Source of the DNA: an uncultured Verrucomicrobiae bacterium
Lineage (GTDB): Bacteria > Verrucomicrobiota > Verrucomicrobiia > Chthoniobacterales > UBA10450
Length of the DNA: 64,000 nt
NCBI GenBank assembly: GCA_963772365.1
Contig: CAVYXA010000003.1
Location: 384,001 to 448,000, forward strand
Direction of reading: 5' to 3'
Shown: positions 28,353 to 40,285 of the stretch, in pieces
How the letters are laid out: every line of letters begins with the position of its first letter
Position numbering within the stretch: the first letter of the stretch is position 1
The notes under the pieces: generated by a model
Seen by the model: only the letters and a program-made list of their open reading frames with translations
Told to the model about the DNA's origin: nothing
The model's database searches: none
Translations under genes and position numbers: made by a program

Positions 28353-29476
28353 GTTTCACGGGCCAGGGGGAGATGAATGGTAAACACGCTGCCTTTCCCG
28401 GCCACGGTCGCGCAATCGATCCGTCCGCCATGCTCGTTCACAACCTGCTGCGCGTAAGCCAGACCGAGCCCGGTTCCATCCGTTTTCGTGGAGAAAAATG
28501 GAACAAAGAGATTTCGAGCCTGCGCTTCGGTCATTCCCGTTCCATTATCGCCGACCGATACCAGAGCATCTGCTCCATTTCGTTTTGCAGCAATGGTCAG
28601 GATTCCGCCATTTGGCATGGCGTCCACAGCGTTTCGGATCAGGTTTAACAATGCTTCCCAGAGCTGTTCCGGATCGGCGTGAACTGACGGCAGATCGCCC
28701 TCGATAACTTCCCGCACTTTGATATCATTTTCATCGAGGAATGCTCGAACGAATCCAAGTTTCTCTTCCAGCAACTCGTTGAGGGCAACGGCTGCACGGT
28801 CCGATTTTGGCATTCGGCCAAATCGCAAATAATCCTGCAAAACCTGGTGGATTCGAAGAACCGAAGAACGCATTTCTCCCAGAAGATTCTGGCATTCGCT
28901 CGAAAAGCGGGCGCCTGAGGCGAGAGCGGCCTTAAGTTCCTCGTTGACCAAGTCGAGGTTTAACGAAATTGCGCCAAGCGGGTTCCGGATCTCATGTGCC
29001 ACTTGCGCGGCCATCGAGCCGACGACGGCGAGCCGTTCGCCCTGAAGCTTCGCCTGTTCGAGTCGTTTCCGTTCTTCGATTTCGGCGCGGAGTGCCGTTG
29101 TTCGGAGTTCAACCGTCTGTTCCAGATCGAAATGCGAAACACGAAAAGCCGCAAGCAACCAAACGATGATAACAAAGAACGCGAAAAGCATTGCCGCGTT
29201 CCAAACAGGAACGAGTGGATGATGATAGGCTGTGCCGCTCCACATATCGCCGAGGAACCACGCGAGAGTGCACAAGGCGCCCACCGCAAGACCGGTCGCT
29301 CTACCCGCTCTACCCGCTACCCAGGTTGCAAGACAAATAGGCAGAAGATAAAAAGGCGAGAACGCCCACTCGCGTCCTGTGAGGTAATCCAAATAGCCTA
29401 GCGCGGCGGTTAATGCGACCGCCGCAAGAATTGCGACCGCCCTTGCCCCGACAGGAAACTTTTCACCACTATTCAC
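28349..29476 (-). CDS. Membrane sensor histidine kinase
   Basis: AHEIRNPL H-box, NLIRNA N-box, DNGTG and GTGLGL G-boxes; N-terminal TM segments. Confidence 0.93.
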   Translation of the reverse strand: MNSGEKFPVGARAVAILAAVALTAALGYLDYLTGREWAFSPFYLLPICLATWVAGRAGRATGLAVGALCTLAWFLGDMWSGTAYHHPLVPVWNAAMLFAFFVIIVWLLAAFRVSHFDLEQTVELRTTALRAEIEERKRLEQAKLQGERLAVVGSMAAQVAHEIRNPLGAISLNLDLVNEELKAALASGARFSSECQNLLGEMRSSVLRIHQVLQDYLRFGRMPKSDRAAVALNELLEEKLGFVRAFLDENDIKVREVIEGDLPSVHADPEQLWEALLNLIRNAVDAMPNGGILTIAAKRNGADALVSVGDNGTGMTEAQARNLFVPFFSTKTDGTGLGLAYAQQVVNEHGGRIDCATVAGKGSVFTIHLPLARET

Positions 29477-29622
29477 AGCGAAGAACGCAGGTGTGAAGCT
29501 TTGACAAAGCGGAGCCCAGTTGCGTTCAAGTCATCTCCTCCCGATCGCTGGACAAATTTCCGCCACGACCCGGTCTTGATTGCTGAACACCATCGGTCTC
29601 GATAACTTCTTGATCGCTCTTC

Positions 29623-30787
29623 ATGTCTGCTTCCAATCCGATTTCAATCCCGCAAGGAGTAGCAGAAATTGCTTCACTTGCCGAGCTCGGGAACTGCGAG
29701 GCTTGGTCGCGCGCTTTTCACGACAAACTGAAAGACCATCGCTACTACGAGATCGTCGAGACAACTTTGAAAGGTGGATTCGAGCATCATTACCTCGTGT
29801 TGAAAAATTTGTCCGGGCAGATTCGTAGCGTGCAGCCAGTTTTTTTTGTTCGGCAAAATCTGATCGAGGGAGTTCCCGGTAAGATCCGCGCTATTGTCGA
29901 TCTTGTTCGCAAACTGTTTCCCCGTTTTCTGACTATGCGCGTTTTGATGGTGGGCTGTGCCGCGGGACGGGGCGAACTGGGCGTATGCGATCCGGCTGAT
30001 TCGCGCTGGGTGGCAGATGCTTTGATCAAAACTCTTTTGCCGTTTGCCCGGGCAAATAAAGCGTCGCTAATCGTTACTGAAAGATTTTCCGGCGCATTAT
30101 CGGCGCACATTAGAAAATCTTTGCGCCGGCGGTTACGCTCGCATCCCGAGCATGCCGATGACACAGCTCTCACTGCCTTACGCCAATTTCGAAGAATATT
30201 TGTCAGGGATTGGTTACATGACGCGCAAAGGTCTCCGCCGAAAATTTCGCAGAGCAGAGCGCGCGGCGAAGATCGAGATGGAGGTGGTGAACGATATCTC
30301 GGCGGACGTCGATGAAATTTATCCGCTCTACTTGCAGGTCCACGAACGGTCGTCGTTAAAATTTGAGACGTTAACCAAGGATTACTTTCGCGAGGTCGGC
30401 AAACAGATGCCAGACCGGGCTCGTTTCTTCGTTTGGCGCCAAAATCGGAAGATCATCGCTTTCGCTCTTTGTTTTGTTCATGGCGACATGATTTATGATG
30501 AAGCCCTCGGGCTCGACTACGAAATCGCGCTCGATCTGCACCTTTATTTTTACACGCTGCGCGACGTGCTCAGCTGGGCAATGGCAAATGGTTTGCGGCA
30601 GTATTGCAGCGGACCGCTCAATTATGATCCAAAACTGCATCTGGGTCATGAGCTCGCTCCGCTCGACCTGTATGTGATGCATACCAGTTCTTTGCTGAAC
30701 CCGATCTTTCGCCGCGTTCTCAAATATCTTGAACCGACGCGACATGATCCGGTGATTCGGCGATTCCCAAACGCGGATCAGCTTTGA
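29623..30787 (+). CDS. GNAT/FemAB-like acyltransferase, one frameshift near 30080
   Basis: FEEYL...RKGLRRK, FETLTKDYF, GLDY...LYF and NYDPKLHLG; two overlapping frames. Confidence 0.7.
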
Positions 30788-30792
30788 AACAT

Positions 30793-30921
30793 TGTCATTC
30801 TGATCCGGCAGCCGCCGGAGAAGAATCTCAAATCATTTCTCGAACAATCCGCCTGAATAGATAGAGATGTTGCGCTTCGCTCAATTCGCCACAGGACGAA
30901 TCTGCCGTGGCGGACATGACA
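30793..30921. repeat. TGTCAT...ATGACA REP-like palindrome with a nested hairpin
   Basis: TGTCATTCTGA...GAATCTC ... GAGATG...CTCA [CGCCAC...GTGGCG] CATGACA. Confidence 0.6.
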
Positions 30922-30999
30922 GCGAAGTTTATGAGACGGCTTTTAAGATCTTTCTGCCGGACGTCTCGACTTCGCTCGCCGTGACGCTAATCATACGAT

Positions 31000-31404
31000 G
31001 TGCGTAATCGACCGTCGGGATTTGCCAGTCCCTGGTTTCAGCTCGGCCTGAGCGTTCTGTGCGTGTTCGTTTCCGAATTGCTCTTGAAACGCGGCGCGGC
31101 CGATGTGGCCGAACCAAACAGCGCATTCTCCTGGACCGGAATTAACGGGCTGATGTCGCCGTTGGTTTGGTGGGCCATCCTGCTGATTCTCGCCAGCTTC
31201 GTGACCTGGCTTTATGTATTGAAATACATTCCGCTTACCATCGCGTTTCCGCTGTCGCGAGTTGTCGATGTTCTGGTTCCGCTCGGTTGCTGGTTTTTTC
31301 TGGGTGAATTGATTTCCGTATGGCGCTGGTGCGGGATTGCTCTAGTCGTGGTCGGCCTGGCCATCATTTCTAAACCGGTTGCTCAACTGGAGGAACGATT
31401 ATGA
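31000..31404 (+). CDS. Small DMT/EamA (ArnE/F-like) membrane protein
   Basis: Four TM segments, ELLLKRG, PLTIAFPL, FFLGE; ATGA-coupled to the next gene. Confidence 0.75.
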   Translation: MRNRPSGFASPWFQLGLSVLCVFVSELLLKRGAADVAEPNSAFSWTGINGLMSPLVWWAILLILASFVTWLYVLKYIPLTIAFPLSRVVDVLVPLGCWFFLGELISVWRWCGIALVVVGLAIISKPVAQLEERL

Positions 31405-31742
31405 GTCTTCTCGCCCTTTTCCTCATTCTGACCGCGCTCTTTACTTTCGTGGGCGGGCAAATCCTTTTGAAACACGCAATGGCTCCCGCGCAGCCGGTCA
31501 TAAGCAGAGCCAGATTCGGTGGTCTGCTTGCCGCCGGAATTTTTCTGATGACGATCTCATTCTTTCTGACACTCGGTCTGCTCCAGCGTTTTGATCTGAG
31601 CTATCTTTATCCTTTCCAGGGACTCAGCACGATCCTCATCAGTCTGATGGCCGCCATCCTTCTGAAAGAAAAGCTCACATTTCGTTTAACGCTCGGTGCG
31701 GTCTTGATCAGCGCCGGTGTGATTCTGGTTTCGTTAAGTTAA
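31401..31742 (+). CDS. Small DMT/EamA (ArnE/F-like) membrane protein
   Basis: GQILLK, DLSYLYPF and LLKEK motifs. Confidence 0.75.
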   Translation: MSLLALFLILTALFTFVGGQILLKHAMAPAQPVISRARFGGLLAAGIFLMTISFFLTLGLLQRFDLSYLYPFQGLSTILISLMAAILLKEKLTFRLTLGAVLISAGVILVSLS

Positions 31743-32374
31743 TCGAATTGATTTGTCTTTGCCGGCGCATCGAGTGCGCGCCAAAAGTACCAGGCGGCGA
31801 CGGAACGATAAGGCCGCCATCTCTCGCCATGTTTCAGCAATTGTTTCGGTGTGGGCAGCTTTCGTTTTCCGAAAGTTTTGGCAAATCCCTTGCGCACTCC
31901 ATAATCGTGGACGGGCCAGACGTCAGGCCGCCCCAGATCAAAGAGAAGAAGCATCTCGACAGTCCAGCGACCGATGCCGCGGACCGCAGTGAGACGCTCG
32001 ATGATTTCTTCGTCGCTCATTTTGGCAAGTTGACGCGCGGAGGGCACTGTTCCGTCGATTGTTTTTGCGGCGAGATCCTTGAGCGCGGCAACTTTGTTGC
32101 GCGATAAGCCGCAGGCGCGCAATTTTTCATCCGGCGTGGCCAACACAATTTTCGGATCGAGATATTTTCGTGCCGGGTAAAGAGCGCGTACCCGGGCCCA
32201 TATCGTGGCCGCGGCCTTACCGCTCAACTGTTGATAAGCGATCGATTCCGCCAGCGCGTCAAACGGTCGGATCGATAGCGAGGGGGTGATCTCGTACCGA
32301 CGGGAACGTGCGATCAGCTCCGCCAGCCGGGGATGCGTAGAAGCAATATGCCGGTGGGCATGATCGTGATTCAC
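31739..32374 (-). CDS. DNA-3-methyladenine glycosylase II family (HhH-GPD)
   Basis: IAYQQLSGKAA, GIGRWT, PVHDYG and WRPYRS motifs. Confidence 0.9.
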   Translation of the reverse strand: MNHDHAHRHIASTHPRLAELIARSRRYEITPSLSIRPFDALAESIAYQQLSGKAAATIWARVRALYPARKYLDPKIVLATPDEKLRACGLSRNKVAALKDLAAKTIDGTVPSARQLAKMSDEEIIERLTAVRGIGRWTVEMLLLFDLGRPDVWPVHDYGVRKGFAKTFGKRKLPTPKQLLKHGERWRPYRSVAAWYFWRALDAPAKTNQFD

Positions 32375-32474
32375 GCGGCTCCATACTCTGGCGAATAACA
32401 GATGTCGAATTCATCTATTCGACCATTCCGATCATCGTTCTTGCCCGAGCCACTCTTTTCGTTTTCGTGAATAC

Positions 32475-33224
32475 ATGGAAACGAAACTCACCTGGTATGG
32501 CCAATCTGCTTACAAAATCGTGACCCCGGCGGGGAAAGTTCTGCTCGTCGATCCCTGGTTAACAAATCCGGTTTTCGAAAAGGGGAGGGAGGAGGTTTCC
32601 TCGCTAAAAAATGTCGATCTTATTTTGCTCACCCATGGGCATTCCGACCATGTAGGCGAAACGGTAGAGATCGGGAAACAGAGCCGGGCAAAACTCGTGT
32701 CCACATTCGATTTATCTGCCGCCATGGTTGGCGCACTCGGCTATCCAAAAGAACTGGCGGATATGGAGACGACCGGTCACATGGGCGGCACACTCAAACT
32801 GCTCGATGGCGAAGTGGCCGTCACATTTGTTCCAGCGCAGCATGGCGCGGCTGTAATGAAGGACGAGAAATCACCTCCGGTCTATGGCGGAAATCCCACC
32901 GGGCTTGTGATTGCGCTGCGCAACGGGCCTACCTTTTATCATACCGGCGATACCGATCTGTTTTCCGACATGACGCTCATCCCGCGCTTTCACAAGATCG
33001 ACATCATGCTGGTTTGCATCGGCGATCATTTCACCATGGGACCGGATCGAGCGGCAGAGGCAGTCAAACTCGTAGCACCGCAGACCGTAATTCCGATGCA
33101 TTACGGGACGTTCCCTGTTCTTACCGGGACGCCGGATGCGTTCAGCCGAGAATTGAAAGAGCGTGGCGCGAAAGCGGAACTGCGCGTGATGAAAGTGAGC
33201 GAAACGATATCGTTGAGCGTCTAA
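32475..33224 (+). CDS. Metallo-beta-lactamase-fold hydrolase (UPF0173-like)
   Basis: THGHSDH, YHTGDT, FTMGP and IPMHY motifs. Confidence 0.9.
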   Translation: METKLTWYGQSAYKIVTPAGKVLLVDPWLTNPVFEKGREEVSSLKNVDLILLTHGHSDHVGETVEIGKQSRAKLVSTFDLSAAMVGALGYPKELADMETTGHMGGTLKLLDGEVAVTFVPAQHGAAVMKDEKSPPVYGGNPTGLVIALRNGPTFYHTGDTDLFSDMTLIPRFHKIDIMLVCIGDHFTMGPDRAAEAVKLVAPQTVIPMHYGTFPVLTGTPDAFSRELKERGAKAELRVMKVSETISLSV

Positions 33225-33288
33225 CTTGGGCAAAGCGAATCCTCGGCATACAGCCGCGGAAAGGGGATGAGATCGAATCACAGGGACA

Positions 33289-34274
33289 ATGGGGATGGAG
33301 AAAAACGGGACAACGTTCACGCAGATTTTACCAGAGCGAGTATCGAATGCGGCAACCTCTCTTATTGAATCGCTAAAGATCAATTCGGTTTCAGAAGAGA
33401 AGCGGCGCAGCCGGGCGGTCGCGATAAAACGCCGGAATGGCCACAGCCAACAGATCGCCGAAATGCCGAACCTGTATTTCGGCTGGTGCGGATTGCCGAT
33501 CCGATTTTGTAGTAAGATTCAGCATTGGCGACGTTGGGAAATCGATTCCTTCAACATGCTGAATGGTGACAGGTTTCGCGCTCGCTCTTCCGGCCCGCGC
33601 GCCGTCGTGTCGGACAAACTTCCGGGCGAAAGTCTATGGGATCATATGAATCGCGGGACGTTTCGCAGCCTATGCTTGTCGCTGCAGCCAATGCCCTTCG
33701 CCGAGCACATCAATTCTGGAGCGATGAATTTCAGGGGCCGTGGTCGCATGGCGACGCGACAACGACAAATGTCATTTACGACCCAAAAACGCGTCGAGCC
33801 CGGTGGATCGACTTCGAGATCATCCATAAGAAATCAGTTCCCGCGACCGCACGACACGCGGATGATTTGCTGGTGTTCCTTCTCGATATGGTGGGAATTG
33901 TTCCCGGGAGGAAATGGCTGCCGTTCGCGCTCTGTTTTCCGAACGCCTATGGCAACGCCCAGGTCATCCGCGAATTGCGTGGGCAACTGATTCTCACCGG
34001 CGGTCTGGCTTGGATTTGGTGGGGGGTGCGCACGAATTTTACCTCGCCTCCGAAAATCAAGCAACGCCTCGCGGCATTGCGCGATGCGATCAGTAGAACG
34101 GAATTTTACCGGCTCCCTCCCAGGCGGCGGTTCCGCAAAAGTCGCCGGCCTTCAATGATCTGCCAGGTTGCCAATGCGGGAATGCCAACAGCCAGGTCGC
34201 GGCACCGCGCCAGCAAAGAAATCGCGAAAGCGGTGTGGCCGGGGATTCCGAGGACATTGCCGATCACGAGGTAG
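33289..34274 (+). CDS. Hypothetical kinase/phosphotransferase-like protein, frameshift near 33660
   Basis: VAIKRR, LPGESL, SHGD...NV and WIDFE resemble protein-kinase-like fold motifs. Confidence 0.5.
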
Positions 34275-35113
34275 CCGCCTTCTTGCACACCGAGTTGGCC
34301 CGGGACAGCGAAAGCCGCGGAGCGAATTGTCATGGCCATGCTTTGGAGCACAAACGCCTTCAGAAATGTCGCATGAGCGCCGAGAGCACGCAGAGCAATC
34401 CAAATTTCGCCAGAGCTGACAACCAGCGAAACGAGTGTCCATGCCCAACACGCCAAGACACCATGCCGGCGCGAGTAATAATTTCGCACAGTTTGATCGA
34501 GTGACTCGCCGCTTTCGACAAGCGATGCCCACTCTTCCGATTTCGTTAGACGCACGATTGTGCGGCTGAGAAACCCAAACATTCCTAATCGTTGAGCGAT
34601 GTAGAAACCAATGATCGCGACAATTCCGACGATTGTGCCGAGCAGGGTCGGCCCCACCAGGCTTGTTCGTCCCGTTGCATCAACGAGCAAGACCAGCCCA
34701 AGAAGCGTTAAGATGCCCTGCATCGGAACGCCGAGAGTAACATCGACAATCACGCTCGCGACGGCGGAGATCATTGGCGTGCCAAAAAGTCCAATCAAAC
34801 GGGCCCGGACGAGATCGCCTCCGATCATTGCCGATGGAACAAGATTGCTGATCGACTCACCGATCCAGCGAGTCCAAAACAGCGTTCGCAACTTTGGGCG
34901 TTCTTCTTTTGGAAACAAAACCCGCCAGGCAAGCGCATCCAGAAAGAGGGGCAGCGAATGGAACACAGCGATGGCAGCGATTCCCCATCCGGCTGTTGCC
35001 AGGGCGTTCCCAACTGCGCCGGCGCCTTGTCGGATCAAAAGGATTGTGAAAAGCGCGGCACCGGCAAAGCCGAGAAGGTAAAGCGTGAGCCGCATTTTGC
35101 CGCGCGCCATCAT
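34106..35113 (-). CDS. Lysylphosphatidylglycerol-synthase-TM / HpnL-like flippase
   Basis: RWIGESISNLVPSAMIGGD and AFAVPGQLGVQEGG motifs. Confidence 0.8.
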   Translation of the reverse strand: MMARGKMRLTLYLLGFAGAALFTILLIRQGAGAVGNALATAGWGIAAIAVFHSLPLFLDALAWRVLFPKEERPKLRTLFWTRWIGESISNLVPSAMIGGDLVRARLIGLFGTPMISAVASVIVDVTLGVPMQGILTLLGLVLLVDATGRTSLVGPTLLGTIVGIVAIIGFYIAQRLGMFGFLSRTIVRLTKSEEWASLVESGESLDQTVRNYYSRRHGVLACWAWTLVSLVVSSGEIWIALRALGAHATFLKAFVLQSMAMTIRSAAFAVPGQLGVQEGGYLVIGNVLGIPGHTAFAISLLARCRDLAVGIPALATWQIIEGRRLLRNRRLGGSR

Positions 35114-35594
35114 GGTTCAAGTTGCGGCAAAGTGTAGGACAACCCGAGAGGTTGCCAAATCAGAGACCGGCCGAAGAAATCGTCGTTATTCTGAGAGCTT
35201 GCTGGAGAAAGCGGAACTCTGCTGAGTTCGTTAACCGTCAGTTCCGGCAGAGCAACCCTTCGTTGCACGAATTTGCGGGCGAGCAGGCGTTAGGGGCGTT
35301 GAGAAATCTCACAACAGCATGGCCAAGTGAGTGTGGAACCAGGAAGCGATATGTCGATCAGGGCCGGCCAGCGGATTGGCCAAACCGAGGACTTCGGCAC
35401 TGCCGGGAAGGAGAAGATTGCTCGGAAAAAAATCACGTAAAAAGTAAGCAAGGTTCCTGCTCGGCCAAGTTCCCGAGTTCGAGGAGGCGTTTCCGGTGTC
35501 GAAGTTTCAAAATGACTTCTTGCCAAAATCTTTTAATCCGCTACACCGACAGCGACTCGTTCATCCGATTATAGCGTAGAAGACGTCAAAATTT

Positions 35595-36499
35595 ATGAAG
35601 AGGATTCGATTGTTGTTCGCTATCCAGCTTTTTGTGGCGTTTGGTGTCGCTTGCGCGGATCCCGAGAAAATACTTCAGTCCTCGGGCACACCGCAGCCCG
35701 AAGACGAAAACTCGCACGATCTTTTCTATTACGAAACGGCCTACACCCTGGACACGGACTACACCGAATCAAAGCTTGGGCACACGGACTCGCTCTATAA
35801 TGATTTTAGTTATGATCATCGGTTTTTGATAAACGGGAATTGGTATTTTCGCGGTGGAGTCGAATACGAGCGTTTCGATTTCGAGGGCACCAACAATGGA
35901 TTGCCCGATCATCTGCAAGCCGCCTCCGCGCACGTGGCATTGGAATACGTTGTGAAAGATCAAGCGGGGGGAGGTGTGACCTCGATCCGGGTTTTTATTT
36001 CCAAGACAAGATCAGTGGCGATGCTTTCGATTTGCCGTGGAAGATTTTTGGAACAATCCCGCTGAAAAAGAATAAATTCTTTGCTGTCATTGCGTTGGGC
36101 GGCGGTATTTATCAGGATCCGATTGTCGCTCCTGGGGGCGGAATTATCTGGTTGTTGAACGACGCTGTCCGGCTGCAAGCCGTCTTTCCCAAGCCGGCAC
36201 TGATCTACCAGCCGAACGACGATTGGGAATTTAGATTGCTAGGCGAACTGAACATCGCTAGTTTTCGCACGGACGACGTCCTGACGACCGAGAAAAAGCT
36301 TCAATTGCACAATGCAATTGTTCAATACAGTGAGGACCGCGCCGGCTTTCAGGTGGCTTACTCGGGTTTCAAAGCGTTCAAGATCAGCTTGGGCGCTGGT
36401 GCTACGGTGAGGCGGGAATTCGATTTCTTCCGAGCGAATCAAGCCAAGCGAACCGATCCCGCGCCCTACGTCAAAATCGCCGTCGACGCTAAATTCTAG
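35595..36499 (+). CDS. Outer-membrane beta-barrel protein, frameshift near 35970
   Basis: Signal peptide, amphipathic strands, C-terminal Phe; paralogous to 40282-41208. Confidence 0.65.
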
Positions 36500-36533
36500 G
36501 TTGCCAAAGTTCGCCGTCGCAGCGCTGGGAATT

Positions 36534-36932
36534 CTAGGGAAAAATTTCGTCGAGCTTTCGAGCGAAACTCCGGCTCCCGCGAACTTTAAGGCGGCCAGTA
36601 AAGAAAGCCCAGGTGCCACTGAGGTCGCCATTCGATAGCTCGACCCAGTTTTTATCGCTGGCAATGAATACTACGTCGGGATTGTCGATTCTGCCCCGGC
36701 CCATTTCATATTTGCCATCATTGACCGTAATCCACCATTCACCGCCGTCTGGTCCGCTGAGTTCCCATTGATATCTGATGTGAACGCCTTTCGCCTTTTC
36801 CGGACGGAAACTTTCTTTCATTGCGTCAAACACATTCTGAGGCACCTCCCCGCTGTCCGATTGCGCCCGAATTCCTTCGCAAAAAATCATCCCGGCCATC
36901 ACGGCTGCCATGAAATACGCGGCCCTTTTCAT
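36534..36932 (-). CDS. SCP2 sterol/lipid-binding domain protein with signal peptide
   Basis: FRPEKAKG...YQW...GGEWWI...AFFTGRLKVRG. Confidence 0.85.
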   Translation of the reverse strand: MKRAAYFMAAVMAGMIFCEGIRAQSDSGEVPQNVFDAMKESFRPEKAKGVHIRYQWELSGPDGGEWWITVNDGKYEMGRGRIDNPDVVFIASDKNWVELSNGDLSGTWAFFTGRLKVRGSRSFARKLDEIFP

Positions 36933-37023
36933 GATCTGATCCCCTTAGTAAGAGAATCGTTACCGCCAATGCGCATGGTTGTCGACCGAATGCTAAAAGT
37001 TTGCTGATTCAAAACTACGGCCC

Positions 37024-38214
37024 TCATTCCTCGATTCGCTTCAATAAATAGGAAGCGCCGGCAAAGGTAACAATGGCGCCCGCGAGCAGGATGATAAGAT
37101 CGATAAAGTAAAACGGGCTGCCGCATGATACATGTTCACCAGTCGAAAAGCGCGGCAGAAATGGGTCAGCGGAAAAACTCTGAGACATAGCGGATCGCCT
37201 GAGCCGGCAATTGCGCGAGCGGCGCAAATGCGCCAGAAAGAACAAAAACCGGCAACAAAAAGAAAACGGAAAACTGGATTGCCTGGGTTTGGGTGTCGCG
37301 AGATGGCGGAAATCAGAAGCCCGAGTCCGAGCGAGCAAAGCAAGAAGAGAAAACAAATCAAAGCCAGCGCGCCGGGTTGATGGAAGCGGACTTTGAAATG
37401 CAAACCGGCGACGGAGGTGACCATCATGACTAGTACGCAGGAGACGAGGAGATAGGGAAGCATTTTCCCGATCACGATTTCCCGGCGGCGGATGCAGTGA
37501 CCAGCAATTGATACAGCGTCCCGGACTCGCGTTCGCGCGCGATGGTGCAGGCCATCAGCGTGACAGTGAGCAATTGCAGAATTAAACCGATCACGCCTGG
37601 CACGACATAATCGATGAATCGCGATTTCGGATTGTAAAGTTTTTGCGGTCCGTCGTCCACGCCGTCATGAGCGAAACGAACTGTTTACGAATATCGACCG
37701 GGAATTTCTTGCCTAACTGAATGACGTCTTCGGGAAGCGCTTCGAACAAGCCGGTCCCGTTCGTCGGATTGAAACTTGGCCGAGATCCTGTTGCACGGCT
37801 CCATCGACCGCTACGGCGGTGTTCGTATCACTATCATCGAGATAGAGCGGCATCGGGATCGGATCGCCTTTGTTCGAGGCGTCAGTCCAGCCCGCCGGAA
37901 TGACCAGACTTACTTTGACGCCATTTCCGATCAGGTTCGATTCGTCGTCGGAAATTGGCCGGCGCTATTCCTCCATTTAAACGTTTTGTCCTTAACAGAA
38001 TGTCGATGAGATGCGCGGTGCGCGGCGTTTGGTCGCGATCGATCAAAAGCGCGGGAACGTTGGTGAGCTCGGTATTTTCAAACGCGTGTCCAAAAATCAC
38101 CGTGAACAGCGGCGGCAAAACAAGGAGCAAAATCAAAATCCGGCGGTCGCGGTAGATGTGCAGCAGTTCCTTGTAGGCGACGCTGGCAATGGCGTTGAGA
38201 GCTGCAGATTTCAT
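37024..38214 (-). CDS. ABC-2 type permease (YbhR/S-like), several frameshifts
   Basis: KELLHIYRDRR, LYNP...VVPG, ARERESGT, GKMLPY and PLTHF across consecutive frames. Confidence 0.8.
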
Positions 38215-39161
38215 GGCGTCGATGCAGTCAGCACCTCATCATAGCCTTGCGAATAAGCGGTAAAGACGTCTTCCATGTCCGGTTCGACCCAGCGTTCGTC
38301 TAGCAAGCGCAGATCGGGAAACGGCCAATTGGTTTTCCATCTCTCGATCAATTTTTCCGGTTCGGCGGTATAGATGCGGGCCGAACCGCTTCGGAGCGAG
38401 ACGCCCAGGATCTCCGGGACCGAGCGCAGGCGGACGAGAGCGGGCATTACAGGATCGACATCGATCTCGAGAAGTTTGCTGCGAAAACTCGATTTCAAGG
38501 CCCGAGGCGAAGCTTTGGCCAGGAGACGTCCGTCATGAAGAAAACCGACTTCTGTGCAACGCTCCGCCTCGTCCATGTAATGAGTCGTGACAAAAATCGT
38601 TTTCCCGGCATCGCCCAAATCGTAGAGCAAATTCCAAATCAAATGCCGATGAACAGGATCGAGTCCGGATGTCGGCTCATCGAGAAACAACAGGGGAGGA
38701 TCGTGGACGAGCGCGCAAGCCAGCGAGAGCAATTGTTTCATTCCGCCTGAAAGACTCCCAGCGAGTTCGCCGCGCTTTTCTTCCAAATCTGTCAACTTGA
38801 ACAACCGCCGGACTTGGTTCTCGATCTCAGAAGGCGGGACCCGACAGGCCCCGGCGAAGAAGCGCAGGTTTTCCTCAACCGTCAGATCGGGATACAAACT
38901 GAAACGCTGTGCGACGTAGCCAAATTTTGAGCGGACTGCGACGTCGTTCCTGCCAGACGTCGTGTCCGGCAATTCGGGCGGTTCCGCGCTGGGATGCGTC
39001 AGGCCGCACAACATCCGGATGGTGGTGGTTTTGCCGGCCCCATTGGCGCCAAGGAAACCGAAAATTGTGCCGGCCTCGATAGACAGAGAAAGATTCCGCA
39101 CAGCTTGGATCTCGCCGAAGCTCTTGTTCAGCTCATTTAACACAATCATCGGCTCATTCAT
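38211..39161 (-). CDS. ABC transporter ATP-binding protein (YbhF-like)
   Basis: GANGAGKT, LSGGM, LFLDEPT and TTHYMDEAE motifs. Confidence 0.92.
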   Translation of the reverse strand: MNEPMIVLNELNKSFGEIQAVRNLSLSIEAGTIFGFLGANGAGKTTTIRMLCGLTHPSAEPPELPDTTSGRNDVAVRSKFGYVAQRFSLYPDLTVEENLRFFAGACRVPPSEIENQVRRLFKLTDLEEKRGELAGSLSGGMKQLLSLACALVHDPPLLFLDEPTSGLDPVHRHLIWNLLYDLGDAGKTIFVTTHYMDEAERCTEVGFLHDGRLLAKASPRALKSSFRSKLLEIDVDPVMPALVRLRSVPEILGVSLRSGSARIYTAEPEKLIERWKTNWPFPDLRLLDERWVEPDMEDVFTAYSQGYDEVLTASTP

Positions 39162-39231
39162 TTGCGAAACTCTTATTGCGATGAGGCGAACGGATTTGCA
39201 ACCATCAGCCGCCAACGATTAGTTAACCGCT

Positions 39232-40285
39232 ATGCGACTTCCTTTCATCCCATTCCCGCTCGCCCGCAACACCATAGCCTTCGGCGGATGCTGTTTGCTT
39301 CTGCTTGTAAATTCGACGCTCGCTGCCGATCCGGTGGCTGATATGGCGAACTTTTCCGTGTTCGGTAAGATCGACATCAATGAGTTAGCGACAAGTGATG
39401 TGAAGACGACGCCCGGCCCGCCGATGGGTGGACGTTCTCTCTCCGTGCAAAGCTGTTACATCATGCCGGGCTCGCCGGCGCAACAAATGGAAGCACTGCG
39501 TCATTGGAACCCGCTCAGGCATCGAGAACTGAAGGTTTTTCTGCACGGCGATCTGCCGGGCTCGCCGAGCCCTCCAATTTTTCGAAATTGAAAAATGCGC
39601 CTGATAACAGCCCGGTAAACGCTTTCGTGACCGCAACAAAAGAGCACAAGACCGAACTGCAAATGAGCAAGGAAGAGGCGAAAAAACTTCCGGCGGGGCA
39701 TCCGACGGCGGGACCATGCCAGCGGCCGTCGTCAGTTTTTGGAGCGATCTGTCTGGCTGGACGAACGAAGAATTTCGTCTCCGGCGGGACGGCGGCGCAG
39801 AGCCGCCATACAATTTCGGCGGGGAAACGATTTCGGTCCAAACGAGGAAGTCAATGCCCTGTTCAAACAGCAGGACAAGATTCGAAAACAATTCTCCGGT
39901 TTGCTCGGTCAAAGCAGGAATCGGTCACGGCGCTGGCTCTTCAACACCCGAGCTGTATTGGGAGCTTCTCGATGTCGATGATCAAGGGGTCGTGACTTTG
40001 GGTGCCTCTTACAACAAAGCCGCCGGCAATGGAGCTTATCAATCTGCGGATGTTCTTTATTACGCAAGCGGCGGGTACTACGTTTCTATTACGCTTTACC
40101 AAATGTGGCCGGTTACGATACAAGGCAAGGCTTCCACTTTGGTGTGGCGTGGCGATATGATCTCTTCCGCTTCGCTGGGCTCACTGCATGGAGTGGAACG
40201 GCTCGCCTCCGAATCGGCCATGATGAAAGAAATTAGCAAAGCGGTCGCATTGTTTCGCAAAGACACCGCCCGACAGTCGAAATGA
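39232..40285 (+). CDS. Secreted hypothetical protein, several frameshifts
   Basis: Signal peptide; overlapping partial ORFs in three frames; ATGA-coupled to the next gene. Confidence 0.5.

Noticed and set aside
27953..40285. Cluster of true pseudogenes or programmed frameshifts
   Set aside because: The same one-base indels hit ftsA and ftsZ; sequencing error is the simpler explanation.
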